A DNA stretch of 64,000 nucleotides from NCBI GenBank assembly GCA_965243105.1, contig CBDEUC010000003.1, forward strand, positions 972,793-1,036,792, written 5' to 3'. The notes under the pieces are model-generated. The model made no database searches, was not told where the DNA came from, and saw only the letters and a list, made by a program, of their open reading frames with translations. The first letter of the stretch is position 1; each line of letters starts with the position of its first letter. Shown in pieces: positions 50,084-62,170 of this stretch. The DNA is from Gammaproteobacteria bacterium (GTDB lineage: Bacteria; Pseudomonadota; Gammaproteobacteria; Eutrophobiales; Eutrophobiaceae). A program made the position numbers and the translations under genes.

Positions 50084-51314
50084 AACCAGGGTATTCCTGC
50101 TCTTTGGTGGCTTTACCCTGGTACTGTCACTGGCCTATTCCGGGATCAGTATCATGGTGGCCTATGCCGTGGAGGACTCGGTGCTGGACGCGGTGGTCGA
50201 ACAGGAAAGCGCCTTTATCGAGAACAGCTACAGGGAATCGGGCGAACTCGTCGAGCCGAGGGTAAATTACATGGAGGTCTATGCTGAGCTTGAAACAGCA
50301 CCCCGGGTCATTCGCGATACCCTTGAGAAAAGCCCGGGGGCGAGGGAAGTGTTTACCGACGATGACAGGCATTACCACGTCAAGTACCTGGCGCTTGAGA
50401 ATGCTGCCCCGGCCCTGCTGGTGGCCGAGGTGACGCCGCTGCTGATCGTGTCCAACCTCTCGTTTGAAATCCTTTTCCTGCTAATGCTGATACTGCTTGC
50501 GGGCATGCTCATCGCGGTCTGGCTGGCCTACCGTATCGCCGGCTACACCACGCAACCTGTGCAGGTGCTGGCAGCAACGGTGTCAAGCAACGAGGAAACC
50601 GATGACCCCCTGCAACTCCCGGGCACCGACACTGGTGATGAACTCGCCTACCTGGCGAGCACCATTGAACGTTCTCTCAACCACCTCAAGCTGGCGTTAA
50701 AAAGGGAAAGTGACTTTACCCGGGATGTCAGTCACGAACTGCGAACACCACTCACGGTGATCAAGAATGTGCTGGCCCTTGCCGAGCAAAGGCCGGTGTC
50801 CGCGCAGGACCGCCAGCAGTTGGAACAGGCCAGCAGGCAAATTGAACGCACCGTGGAAACACTACTTACCCTGGCGCGGGAAGAGTCCCTCGACATGGAG
50901 CGCCTGGCGATTCGCCCGCTCATCGAGGAGTGCTTTCTTGCCATGCACCAGGAACCCGGGGTGAACGAGTTCAAGCTTGACCTTGATGTGCCTGACGGCC
51001 TTGAGATTGAAGCCAACCGGCAGCTGCTCAACCTGCTTTTCAACAACCTGCTTGAAAATGCCATTCATCATGCCAGTGAACCCGGGCTGAGAATATTCCT
51101 GCAGGACGATGCCCTGGTGCTTGAGAACCCCATGCAGGGTGAACTGGTGGACAATATCTTCAAGCAGGATAAAAAGGGCCTGAGTAGCCGTGGCCTGGGT
51201 CATGGTCTTTACCTTGTCGAGCGAATCGTGAACACGCTGGGCTGGCAATGCCATGCAAGCCTGGAACAGGGCCAGTACCAATTTCACCTCCAGCTACCGA
51301 GAAGCAACGCCTAA
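50040..51314 (+). CDS. Sensor histidine kinase
   Basis: Two TM helices, HisKA SHELRTPLTVI and an HATPase_c domain. Confidence 0.75.
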   Translation: MTTTITRHPITRHLRTRVFLLFGGFTLVLSLAYSGISIMVAYAVEDSVLDAVVEQESAFIENSYRESGELVEPRVNYMEVYAELETAPRVIRDTLEKSPGAREVFTDDDRHYHVKYLALENAAPALLVAEVTPLLIVSNLSFEILFLLMLILLAGMLIAVWLAYRIAGYTTQPVQVLAATVSSNEETDDPLQLPGTDTGDELAYLASTIERSLNHLKLALKRESDFTRDVSHELRTPLTVIKNVLALAEQRPVSAQDRQQLEQASRQIERTVETLLTLAREESLDMERLAIRPLIEECFLAMHQEPGVNEFKLDLDVPDGLEIEANRQLLNLLFNNLLENAIHHASEPGLRIFLQDDALVLENPMQGELVDNIFKQDKKGLSSRGLGHGLYLVERIVNTLGWQCHASLEQGQYQFHLQLPRSNA

Positions 51315-51400
51315 ATTTACCGAGAAATTTCACGCGATATTTCACATCCGTTTCACCTTCTCCGCTTCATCCTGAAAGCATGAACAAGTGGAGAACGACA

Positions 51401-52525
51401 ATGTTGAAAAAAATATCAATTTCATTAGCAGTTTGTGCCCTGGTTGCCGTTGGCATGATTGCCTGGCTGCAAAGCATGATTCCCGGAACCGAGGAGCGCG
51501 CCGCTCTAAAGCAATCCAGCGCTGCTGACATTCCCTACCTGCAAAATGCCATCAAGGCTGACAGGGGAAGAATACTCGCAGTGGTCACAAGCACCGATAC
51601 CATGGGTGAGAGTGGCAAATCCACCGGCTTTGAACTTACAGAACTGGCGCGCGCCTACTATGTGTTCACGGCCAATGGTTTCGAGGTGGACATTGCCAGT
51701 CCTTCCGGCGGTGAACCGCCCATGGTGATCGATGGTGACGACATGGGCACCTATGACTACGCCTTTCTGAACGACGACGAGGCACAGGCAAAGCTGACCA
51801 ACTCAATCCCGCTGGACGAGGTGCACAGCGATGACTACGCAGCGCTTTATTTTGTCGGTGGCAAGGGTGCCATGTTTGATTTCCCGGACAATGACGAGAT
51901 CAAGACCCTGGTTGCTGATGTATACCAGGCGGGAGGCGTGATCGCCGCCGTGTGTCACGGGCCCGCGGCACTGGTCAACGTAAAACTGCATGACGGTACA
52001 GACCTGCTGGCAAACAAGCGGGTCAGCAGCTTTACCAACGAGGAAGAACTCTTCCTCATCCCCGACGCAAGGGATGTGTTTCCTTTTTTGCTTGAAGACG
52101 GTCTGGTTAATAGCGGTGCCAGCTTTGAAGCGGGGCCACGTTACCTCGAGCAGGTCAGCAACGATTCAAGGATAGTCACCGGTCAAAATCCCTGGTCAGT
52201 GTGGGCCATGGCAGACACGACAGTGCGAGAGCTGGGCTACGAGCCACTGCCACGTACAGTCACGGCAGAAGAAAACAGTATCAGCGTGCTACAGGCCTAC
52301 GAGCTTGAAGGTTTTGGTGAAGCGAATTCCCTGCTCAAGCAGCTGAAAACGGAGCCGGAGCAATCCATTGATCGCCTGCTGATTGCCATGCACGGTATCG
52401 TCGCCGCCATGGACTGGGAGCTGATCAAGCTAATTCAACTGCTGCGACTGCTGATTATCGCCGGTGATGAGAACATCGCCGCGCTGAGCCCGGTCGACAC
52501 CCTGCCCCATTCCTACGTCGCCTGA
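51401..52525 (+). CDS. Secreted DJ-1/PfpI (class I glutamine amidotransferase-like) family protein
   Basis: Signal peptide and the AAVCHGPAAL nucleophile-Cys motif. GGAG lies 7 nt upstream of the ATG at 51401. Confidence 0.65.
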   Translation: MLKKISISLAVCALVAVGMIAWLQSMIPGTEERAALKQSSAADIPYLQNAIKADRGRILAVVTSTDTMGESGKSTGFELTELARAYYVFTANGFEVDIASPSGGEPPMVIDGDDMGTYDYAFLNDDEAQAKLTNSIPLDEVHSDDYAALYFVGGKGAMFDFPDNDEIKTLVADVYQAGGVIAAVCHGPAALVNVKLHDGTDLLANKRVSSFTNEEELFLIPDARDVFPFLLEDGLVNSGASFEAGPRYLEQVSNDSRIVTGQNPWSVWAMADTTVRELGYEPLPRTVTAEENSISVLQAYELEGFGEANSLLKQLKTEPEQSIDRLLIAMHGIVAAMDWELIKLIQLLRLLIIAGDENIAALSPVDTLPHSYVA

Positions 52526-52667
52526 GCAGGCCTTCTTTGAAACACCCACAAGCCGCCTGGTCTTCATGGCCAGGCGGCACCAGTTGACAGCAAAATGTGA
52601 ATTTATTGCAAAGCACCCGGTCAAAGCTCCGTCTGTTCAAAAAAAACCTGCAGGTGGAAAAAATAAA

Positions 52668-53342
52668 ATGCATAAAATCCAGCTAGTTAGCTTTCTTGTA
52701 ATTGTTCTTTCATGGCTACCCCTGTCGGTCCAGGCAGAGAACCTTCAACTACCTTCACGCACCAAGGAAAACGCGGTTACCGCCACGGCGGACCTGGGCA
52801 CACTGGACGGTGAGCTGGGTTTGAAAGTGGGTCACCAGGTACCTCCCTTTACCTCCTACACCTCGGAAGGCCAGTCTATCTCACTTGACGAGCTGCTCGG
52901 TGAAGGCAAGTCGATGTTTTTCTTTTATCGCGGTGGCTGGTGCCCCTACTGCAACTACCAGATCCGCATGCTGAGCCTGGCCTACAACAAGTTTGCAAAA
53001 AAGGGCGTCACGCCTGTTGCAGTGAGTGTCGACACTTCTGAAGGTGCAACGCTGGCCAAGAAAGGTTACGAGGTCCCGTTTACCGTGCTGAGTGATTCCA
53101 GTCTCGATGCACAGAAAGCCTTTAACGTGTTAATCAAGGTGGATGATACCACCTACGAAAGATACAAGGGCTACGGTGTCGATCTTGAACAATGGTCAGG
53201 CCAGGATCACCACATGATCGCAGCACCCGCGGTTGTGCTGGTCGGCGAAGACAGGACGGTGCTGTGGTCCCACGTGTCGCGCGATTACAAGACACGCCCA
53301 AGCGTCGAACAGTTACTTGGCGTGATAGACAGTCACCCCTGA
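52668..53342 (+). CDS. Secreted thioredoxin-fold redoxin / peroxiredoxin-like protein
   Basis: Signal peptide and GGWCPYC. Confidence 0.65.
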   Translation: MHKIQLVSFLVIVLSWLPLSVQAENLQLPSRTKENAVTATADLGTLDGELGLKVGHQVPPFTSYTSEGQSISLDELLGEGKSMFFFYRGGWCPYCNYQIRMLSLAYNKFAKKGVTPVAVSVDTSEGATLAKKGYEVPFTVLSDSSLDAQKAFNVLIKVDDTTYERYKGYGVDLEQWSGQDHHMIAAPAVVLVGEDRTVLWSHVSRDYKTRPSVEQLLGVIDSHP

Positions 53343-53348
53343 GCAGGA

Positions 53349-54848
<1,500 letters not shown>

Positions 54849-54917
54849 GGGGCTACATGGTCGACCAAATTGAAGGTGACGGCAAGCTAAAAAGCCACCT
54901 GCCGTAACTGCTTTCGA

Positions 54918-55979
54918 CTAGCGCGCGGCGACTTCCTTGTTGAGGATCTTCACCACGCTACCGTCACGCAATCGCTCGGCACCACGAATGACCACTTCAT
55001 CACCGGAAACGAGATCGCCTTCCACGGCCACGTGTGTACCGGCACCCTCGCTGGTTACTACGTCCACCTGGCGCGCGGTATCTTCCTTGTCCACCTTGAA
55101 CACGTAGGTCCGACCATTGCGTAATACCAGTGCATCACGGGGTACCGTGAGTCGCTGGCTGGCCTTGCCATTACTCAGGGCCACGCGCACCGCCTCACCA
55201 ATAATCCAGTGAGCCCTTTTAAACTCGAGTCGAAGCTGTAGCATGCGCGAGTTGTCATCACCCACCGGCACAACGGTGCGGACTCGAGTATCGATCTGTT
55301 CATCGTGGTTCTTTACACCAACCATGTCGCCCGCCTTGACGTGGCGCGCTACCTTGATCGGTGCCTGCACACGGATTTCAAGATCTTCTGTATTAACAAG
55401 CCTGACCACGTCATCGGAATTGGACAGGTATTCACCGGGCTGGCGCATGCGCTCAACCACCACGCCGTCAAAGGGAGCCGTGATGCGCGTGCGGTTGATA
55501 TCGTAAAGCGTGCGCTCGATATTCACCTGCGCGGCCTGGATCTGCTGGCCCAGCATATCCCGTTCCGCACTCATCTGGTCCAGCTCGGCTTCCGCGGCAC
55601 TGTTTGAGCTCGCCAGTTTTCCCAGGCGCTTTACCTGTCTTTCCAGGTATTCCCTGCGCGCTTCAAGCCGTTTTTTCTCCGCGCGATTGTTTCGCAGCTG
55701 CAGCTGCAGTTCCCTGTCATTTACGCTGGCAAGTACTTCACCTGCCTTGAAGCGATCCCCCACCTCGGCCACTGACAGCAGCTTGCCGGAGACTTCCGCT
55801 GCAATACGGGAGTCATGGCGACTGATCACCGTACCCGGTACCCAGAGCGCAGGACTGACCAGCTCGGTGCGGGCGTTGGATGTTTCAACTGCGACACTTC
55901 GTGGTGCCTGTGCCTGCAGCGCCAGCGGCGCCAGCATCAATATAAGGCCGGGCAGGTAATAACTTTTCATATGTTTCAT
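54918..55979 (-). CDS. Efflux RND periplasmic adaptor subunit (HlyD/MFP)
   Basis: Signal peptide MKHMKSYYLPGLILMLAPLALQAQA, a coiled-coil hairpin and a beta-barrel domain. Confidence 0.8.
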   Translation of the reverse strand: MKHMKSYYLPGLILMLAPLALQAQAPRSVAVETSNARTELVSPALWVPGTVISRHDSRIAAEVSGKLLSVAEVGDRFKAGEVLASVNDRELQLQLRNNRAEKKRLEARREYLERQVKRLGKLASSNSAAEAELDQMSAERDMLGQQIQAAQVNIERTLYDINRTRITAPFDGVVVERMRQPGEYLSNSDDVVRLVNTEDLEIRVQAPIKVARHVKAGDMVGVKNHDEQIDTRVRTVVPVGDDNSRMLQLRLEFKRAHWIIGEAVRVALSNGKASQRLTVPRDALVLRNGRTYVFKVDKEDTARQVDVVTSEGAGTHVAVEGDLVSGDEVVIRGAERLRDGSVVKILNKEVAAR

Positions 55980-56010
55980 CGCTTTCACTCTCTCCGTAAT
56001 ATCACGAAAC

Positions 56011-59000
56011 TCAGGCGACAGACTCGAGCCTGGGTTTCTCCTTCTCTTTTTTATCTTCAACCTCGGGCAGCAATACCGGCTGGTGTGCTCCCATGCGTAA
56101 AAAGCACGGCAGCAGGACCAGGGTAAACAGCGTGCTGACACACATGCCACCGACAATTACCGCGGCAAGACCGCGATAGATAACGCTACCTTCACCGGGT
56201 ATCAGCAGCAGCGGCAGCATGCCAAAGATACTCGTCAATGTACTCATGAATATGGGCCTCAAGCGTAAACGAAGAGCCTGTTCCACCGCGTGGTGACGGT
56301 TCAGCCCTTCGCGCTCTGCGCTTCTTGTCTGGTGCACCAGCAGGATAGCGTTGTTGACCACCAGCCCAAGCAGGATAACAAAACCGATCATGGTAAGAAG
56401 ATCCAGTGGCTGGAAGCTCACCAGGTTGAGCAGGTACATGGCAACCACGCCACCCACCGTGGCCAGTGGCATGGCCAGCACCACCAGCAGGCTGTCCTTC
56501 ATGGAACGAAACAGCGCGCTCATCAGCAGGAAGAGAATCAACAGCGCCATGGCAAAGTTTTCACTCATGGTGCGTATGGCTTTCTTGAGATTATCCGCAC
56601 TGCCACCGTAAAGAATACTGCCTTCCTGTGGCAGGGCCGCTTCGATCTTTGGCTGTACCTCGGCACGAATCGTGGAAATGGCTTTTTCCAGCGACATGGT
56701 TTCAGGTGGTGTCACGCCAAGGGTGATGGTGCGCTTGCGGTCCACGCGACGGATCTGATCCGGACCCACGGTACGGTCAATCTTTACCAGTTCAGCCAGT
56801 GGCACGATACCGGCACCCGGGGTAAACATCGGCATGGTGCCAAGCTCTTCCGGCGTCTCCCAGGTTTCCGCGCGCAGGATAATATCCATGCGTTTTACAC
56901 CGTCAAAGTATTCGCCGACATAGAGCCCGTCACCCAGGGTTCGAATCACCGTACCCAGCTGCGCGCGGCTCCAGCCTTTTTCCATGATGCTGCGATCGTC
57001 AGGGATCAGTCTCAGTTCCGGCTCAGCCTGTTGCAGTCCCGGCTCCGGTCTTACCCTGGCTTCCGGCAGTGCCTCGTTCAACCAGCCCATGGCCTGCATA
57101 GCCACCTGCTCAAGCACTTTTGGATCGTTTGACTGGATGTGCACCGGTATGTCACGACCACCGCCAAAGCCACCAAAGAGATCTCCCTGGCCATTGTAGG
57201 AAACAAAGTCAGGTATATCCGAAGTGATCTCTTGATTGATAATCTCTTCCAGCTCTTTCACACGCGACTGGTCTTTTACCCGCACGCCCATGGTGCCACC
57301 ACTTGGCCACAGCAGGATGTAATAGTTTTTCAGGGCCGGTTCTTTCTCACCATTCATGTAGGGTTGCAGGCGTTCCTCGATCTTTTGCACCACGTCGACG
57401 TTGATGGTTTCCAGGTTGGTCGCCGGTGGCAACTGGAAGAAAGCATCAATGGCGTCACGCTTGACCGGTGGCAGGTAGTCCAGCTCCGGCATCAGCTTTA
57501 TCGTGGTAACAATAGGTATGGTCAGCAGTACCGCGATCAGCGCGTAGCGTTTCATGGGCGTGCTGGTAATCGCCATCACCTTGTTGGTAAGGAAGTTCCA
57601 CGTCGCTGCATGCTTGTCTTCAAGCTTTATGTCACCCAGCCACTTGCTGGTGAGCAGCGGAATGACCGTGATCGCCGTGATAAGTGAAATACTTACCGCG
57701 ATGGCAATGGTCAGTGCAAGATCGCCAAACAATTGTCCTTCAACATCCTTCAGGAATACCACCGGGATAAAAATCGCCACCGTGGTCAGCGTCGATGCAA
57801 GCAGGGCTCCCCACACCTGGCTGGTGCCCTTTTGTGCACTATCAAAGGGACTCCTGCCCTGCTCGCGCAGGCGCACCACGTTTTCAAGCACCACGATTGC
57901 TGCATCAAGCACCATGCCAACGGCAAAGGCGAGACCGGCCAGGGAAATCACGTTGAGGGTACGGCCGGTAAGATGCAGCACCACGAAGGTACTCAATAGC
58001 GATACCGGTATTGCCAGCGCAATGATCAGCGTCGCGCGAAAGCGCCTGAGAAACCACCACAGCACGCCCACCGCCAGCAGCACCCCGATCAGTAGATTGC
58101 TGGTAACGAGGCCAATGGCGCGGTAAATAAACACCGAGGCGTCAAAGGACTGGATCATCACCAGGTTTCTTTCCTTCAGGGGCCCGGCATTGAGTTCTTC
58201 GATCACTTCCTTGACGCGGTTCAGCGTCGCAAGTGCGTTGGCCCCGTTCTCCCTGTCCACGCGAATACCAATGGCGGGATTACCATTCTGGGTCGCCAGG
58301 GATCGGCGATCGGGTAACTGTACCTTTACTTCCGCAATATCCCCGAGGGTGATGGGTCGTCCATCGCGCCATTCAAGCAGCTGCTGGTGCAGGGATTCGG
58401 GGTCAAAGCGTCCAGCGTAGCGCAGGGTAAAACGACGTCGACCGATATCCACCTGACCGCCGGAAATGTTGTCGGCACGACCGATGGTCTGGATCACGTC
58501 GGTCATGGAGATACCCAGCTCCGCCGCGCGGTAGGGATCAAAGATGATCTGTACTTCCTCGGTTTCGCGGCCCGCTCCCTGCACGCCGGCACGGCTGACA
58601 CCGGGCACGGACTCAATCGCCGGACTGATAACATCGTCGACGTAGGAAATATAATCTGATACCGGGGTATCGTTGCCCGGTAGCACCTGCAGGAAGAACC
58701 ATGACAGCGCCGGGGTACCGCCGTCCCAGCCACCGAGGTTAATTACAGGCTGATCCGCATCCCTCGGTAAAGGCGGCAGTCGATTCATGCGGCTGATCAC
58801 CTCCACCATGGTTTTCTGCATATCGGTTTCGATATCAAAGGTGAGGTTGATCCAGGCAAAGCCGGCGTTGGCGGTGGCTTCCATTTCCTTTACACCCGGC
58901 AGGCCCTGCAGTACCTCTTCAATGGGTTCAATGATTTCCGCTTCCATTTCACTGGGCGAGGCAGCACGCCAGCTTGTCTGGATATTTATTTTTGGATTTT

Positions 59001-59121
59001 CAACATCGGGAAACAGCTGGATGGGGAGTTTCAGCAGGCTGAAAGCGCCAAACACCAGCACAATGGCGAGCATTGCGGCGGCGGCGGCGGGATTGCGCAG
59101 GGCGTTCGTGGTCAGGCTCAT
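56011..59121 (-). CDS. RND-family multidrug efflux permease (AcrB/HAE1 type)
   Basis: About 1035 aa with 12 TM helices and large periplasmic loops. The start is taken at MSLTTNALRNP. Confidence 0.9.
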   Translation of the reverse strand: MSLTTNALRNPAAAAAMLAIVLVFGAFSLLKLPIQLFPDVENPKINIQTSWRAASPSEMEAEIIEPIEEVLQGLPGVKEMEATANAGFAWINLTFDIETDMQKTMVEVISRMNRLPPLPRDADQPVINLGGWDGGTPALSWFFLQVLPGNDTPVSDYISYVDDVISPAIESVPGVSRAGVQGAGRETEEVQIIFDPYRAAELGISMTDVIQTIGRADNISGGQVDIGRRRFTLRYAGRFDPESLHQQLLEWRDGRPITLGDIAEVKVQLPDRRSLATQNGNPAIGIRVDRENGANALATLNRVKEVIEELNAGPLKERNLVMIQSFDASVFIYRAIGLVTSNLLIGVLLAVGVLWWFLRRFRATLIIALAIPVSLLSTFVVLHLTGRTLNVISLAGLAFAVGMVLDAAIVVLENVVRLREQGRSPFDSAQKGTSQVWGALLASTLTTVAIFIPVVFLKDVEGQLFGDLALTIAIAVSISLITAITVIPLLTSKWLGDIKLEDKHAATWNFLTNKVMAITSTPMKRYALIAVLLTIPIVTTIKLMPELDYLPPVKRDAIDAFFQLPPATNLETINVDVVQKIEERLQPYMNGEKEPALKNYYILLWPSGGTMGVRVKDQSRVKELEEIINQEITSDIPDFVSYNGQGDLFGGFGGGRDIPVHIQSNDPKVLEQVAMQAMGWLNEALPEARVRPEPGLQQAEPELRLIPDDRSIMEKGWSRAQLGTVIRTLGDGLYVGEYFDGVKRMDIILRAETWETPEELGTMPMFTPGAGIVPLAELVKIDRTVGPDQIRRVDRKRTITLGVTPPETMSLEKAISTIRAEVQPKIEAALPQEGSILYGGSADNLKKAIRTMSENFAMALLILFLLMSALFRSMKDSLLVVLAMPLATVGGVVAMYLLNLVSFQPLDLLTMIGFVILLGLVVNNAILLVHQTRSAEREGLNRHHAVEQALRLRLRPIFMSTLTSIFGMLPLLLIPGEGSVIYRGLAAVIVGGMCVSTLFTLVLLPCFLRMGAHQPVLLPEVEDKKEKEKPRLESVA

Positions 59122-59303
59122 CCAGCCTCCTTCAGCAGGCGTGGATCCTGATTCTAGCAGTTCAGGTGAATTGTTGCCTTTATCCATGTGCAGGCTCAAT
59201 GGGTTAGCGGTGTAAAGCCTTTATATCACTGGCTTTAGATGAATGGAGACTGACTTGCGGTGAAACGACTGACCGCTGCGATAAGTGGTTCCGGGGACGG
59301 TTA

Positions 59304-60113
59304 TCAGCTAAAGAATCTCTCTATCTTCTTTTTATACGTGCGCGACATCTTGAGACGTTCGCCGCCCTTGAGAAAAAGATGAAACTCACCGTTAATATGG
59401 CTGCAGATTTTCTCCACCCGTTCCAGGTTAACCAGCGTCGAGCGATGCACGCGCTGAAACAGTGCCGGGTCGAGCTGGGACTCCAGCTGCTTCATGGTGA
59501 TGCGCATGACGTGGATCTGATCCTTTGCATGCAGGCACATGTAGTCACCCGCGGCGTCCACCCACTCAATATCCTTTACCGGTAACAGGGTGATTTCACC
59601 GGAATCCTTGATGGCAATCTTGTCCGGGTACTCCGGTGGCATCTCGGCACCCTCTTCAAGCCACTTTTGCATCTCGCAGGGGGCCTGCCCGGTAATATCA
59701 CCAATGACCTTGAGCAGGCGCTGCTTGTCATTGGCATCGCTCTTCTGTGTCAGCTGTTCCCTTGCCCGTTGCAGGGCACGCTCCAGGTGCTCCTCGTCCA
59801 CTGGCTTGAGAATGTAATCGATGGCGTGCACGTCAAAAGCCTTTACCGCGTACTGGTCAAAGGCCGTGGCAAATACCACCAGCGGCATGTCGTCACCCTG
59901 TAACTGGCGCACGACTTCAAAGCCGTCGACACCGGGCATCTGGATATCCAGGAAAACAAGATCCGGATCCAGCTCGGGAATGGCTTTCAGCGCTTCCCGG
60001 CCATTGGCACATTCGCCAACAATGTTGACGTCTTCGTGCTTTTCAAGACGCAACTGCAGGCCGCGCCGGGCCAGTGCCTCGTCATCGACGATCAACGTGT
60101 TGATGGCATTCAC
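59304..60113 (-). CDS. LytTR-family response regulator
   Basis: Receiver LIVDDE...FLDIQMPGVDG plus a LytTR DNA-binding C-terminus. Confidence 0.85.
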   Translation of the reverse strand: MNAINTLIVDDEALARRGLQLRLEKHEDVNIVGECANGREALKAIPELDPDLVFLDIQMPGVDGFEVVRQLQGDDMPLVVFATAFDQYAVKAFDVHAIDYILKPVDEEHLERALQRAREQLTQKSDANDKQRLLKVIGDITGQAPCEMQKWLEEGAEMPPEYPDKIAIKDSGEITLLPVKDIEWVDAAGDYMCLHAKDQIHVMRITMKQLESQLDPALFQRVHRSTLVNLERVEKICSHINGEFHLFLKGGERLKMSRTYKKKIERFFS

Positions 60114-61207
60114 GAGCTGCTTGCCTCGACTTCAAAAGGAATACGTATACTGATCTTGAGACCCTTTGGCTCTGCCTTGCTAAAGGAGCAGGCATGGTTG
60201 TCACCGTAAAGCTCCTGCAGGCGTTCCCGGGTATTGGTCAGGCCAACACCACTGCCGGCAGGCAGCTTGTTGCCTTCCAGTTCAATACCATCGCCATCAT
60301 CACTGAGTTCCATTAGCAGGTCGTCTCCAAAAACCTTGGCATGTAGCTTGATGGTGCCACCGTTTTCGTTCTTTGCAATGGCGTACTTGATGGAATTTTC
60401 AATCAGCGGTTGCAGTAACATGCTGGGGATCAGCGCGGAACCGGCGTTCTCCTTTAACTGGAAGTCCAGCTTCAGCCGGTCTTCAAAGCGCACCTTTTCG
60501 ATATTGAGATAAAGCTCCATGGCCTCCACTTCCCTGGACAGGCTGATCTTCTGCATGGGATCAATATCCAGTGAGTAGCGCAGGAACTTGGACAGACCAG
60601 ACACCATGTCATTGGCAACATCGTCCTTGCCCTCCATGATGAGGGTGGAAATGGCGTTGAGCGTGTTAAACAGGAAATGGGGATTGAGCTGGTAGCGCAG
60701 CATCTTTAACTGCGACTGGTGAGCACTGCTGGCAATACGCAGGTTCTTTTCCTTTTCCTGTTGCATCTCCTGGAAAAACCGAATGCCGTAATACAGGCCG
60801 GTCCAGCTCAGCAGGATAAAGAATGAATAGGAGTACCAGTAAATGTATTCCGCAACCAGGTTTTCGATCTGCTTGTGGGTATAGAGCTGGAAAAACTCGT
60901 AAAACTTCCACGCCGCCCAGATGGCGGTGGCCCCCATCACAGCGCCGAGGCTGGACAGGAAACGCACCAGTGGTGGTTTATCCCAGACCTTGAGAAACAC
61001 CTCGCGCATGGCCATGGACAGTAACAGCCCGGTAATGGCGGCAATGGCCGTGTACGCGATATGCAGGCCATCATGCCTGTCCCACAGCAAGGCGCCGAGC
61101 ATGATAAAAAACACGTAGCCCGACCAGCCAAGTGCCTGCAGGAACCAGTACAATCGACGTCGATTGTTGATGATCCTGAAAAACACGTTTGTAAATTCGT
61201 CGCTCAA
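60110..61207 (-). CDS. LytS/YehU-type sensor histidine kinase (His_kinase PF06580-like)
   Basis: N-terminal TM helices, LNPHFLFNTLN H-box and HATPase. It overlaps the RR start by 4 bp. Confidence 0.8.
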   Translation of the reverse strand: MSDEFTNVFFRIINNRRRLYWFLQALGWSGYVFFIMLGALLWDRHDGLHIAYTAIAAITGLLLSMAMREVFLKVWDKPPLVRFLSSLGAVMGATAIWAAWKFYEFFQLYTHKQIENLVAEYIYWYSYSFFILLSWTGLYYGIRFFQEMQQEKEKNLRIASSAHQSQLKMLRYQLNPHFLFNTLNAISTLIMEGKDDVANDMVSGLSKFLRYSLDIDPMQKISLSREVEAMELYLNIEKVRFEDRLKLDFQLKENAGSALIPSMLLQPLIENSIKYAIAKNENGGTIKLHAKVFGDDLLMELSDDGDGIELEGNKLPAGSGVGLTNTRERLQELYGDNHACSFSKAEPKGLKISIRIPFEVEASSS

Positions 61208-61327
61208 GTGTACCTGCCGTTACCGTTAGTGTTGCTGCTCTATCTTATCATTAAAAAAAGCGCCGTCGCAGTGAGGGGCACCTTGACGGCACAAGTATGG
61301 GAGTCTTTGCTCTATCTACCTGCTGCT

Positions 61328-61597
61328 TCAGAGCCGCGTGAGCTTGTTGAGGCTGTCCCGTGAATAACTTTCCACGTCATCGATACCAAAGCCTTCAAGT
61401 TTCTTGCTCCTGCGTACCCTGGATTCATTCTCTTTGTCCCGCTCTGCCTCGGCATACACCGGGCACGGTGTTTTTTCTGTCGCCCTGCTGTTTCCCAGCT
61501 TTATGCTGCTAAAAGTGCCCTCATTGACCATGGCAAGCGAGGTACCGGAAAACGCAATCAAACTGCTCATTACGAGGGTTGTCACGACTGTCTTCAT
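61328..61597 (-). CDS. Small secreted hypothetical protein
   Basis: 89 aa with a signal peptide. Confidence 0.35.
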   Translation of the reverse strand: MKTVVTTLVMSSLIAFSGTSLAMVNEGTFSSIKLGNSRATEKTPCPVYAEAERDKENESRVRRSKKLEGFGIDDVESYSRDSLNKLTRL

Positions 61598-61751
61598 TGT
61601 CTTTCACTCCTTCTGTTTAAAACAGGTTCAGATGGGTGATTAGTTCAATGAGGTCATTATAGGTAGGTGGCAAGCTTAAGCATGTCACTTCACCGCAGCA
61701 GGAAAGCGCTTTATCGCAAAACCCCGCGCCGAGGGCTTAATTCGTGAAGGC

Positions 61752-62147
61752 TCAGCCCGGCTTGTCTGAGATCAGGGCAATAACAGCCCCCTGGGGGTCC
61801 TTGATGACACAAAAGAGGATAGAGCCCATGCCTTTCGGCCCGTCCATCACCGTGCCGCCCAGTTCACGGCAGCGTTCAGCACTTTCATGCACGTCTTCCA
61901 CACGCACGTACATCAGCCACTGGTTGGGCAGGGATGCATTGCCGCCGCGGGCATGGCAGATGCCGGCAATGGTGTCTCCACTGCCCGGCAGGTTCATGTT
62001 GAAGTCGTCGTAATCACCCATCGAGGCGGCGCTGTGCTCCCAGCCAACCACCCCCGCATAAAAATCGCGGATCTCTTCCGCGTTCTCCACGGTCAGATCA
62101 CGCCATTCAATCGCGCCTATTTTCTTCTTGCTTTCCTCGCCTGCCAT
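61752..62147 (-). CDS. VOC-family (glyoxalase/bleomycin-resistance fold) protein
   Basis: 131 aa with a paired beta-alpha-beta-beta-beta composition. Confidence 0.6.
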   Translation of the reverse strand: MAGEESKKKIGAIEWRDLTVENAEEIRDFYAGVVGWEHSAASMGDYDDFNMNLPGSGDTIAGICHARGGNASLPNQWLMYVRVEDVHESAERCRELGGTVMDGPKGMGSILFCVIKDPQGAVIALISDKPG

Positions 62148-62170
62148 TGTGCTCCCCTTGCCTGTGCCTG

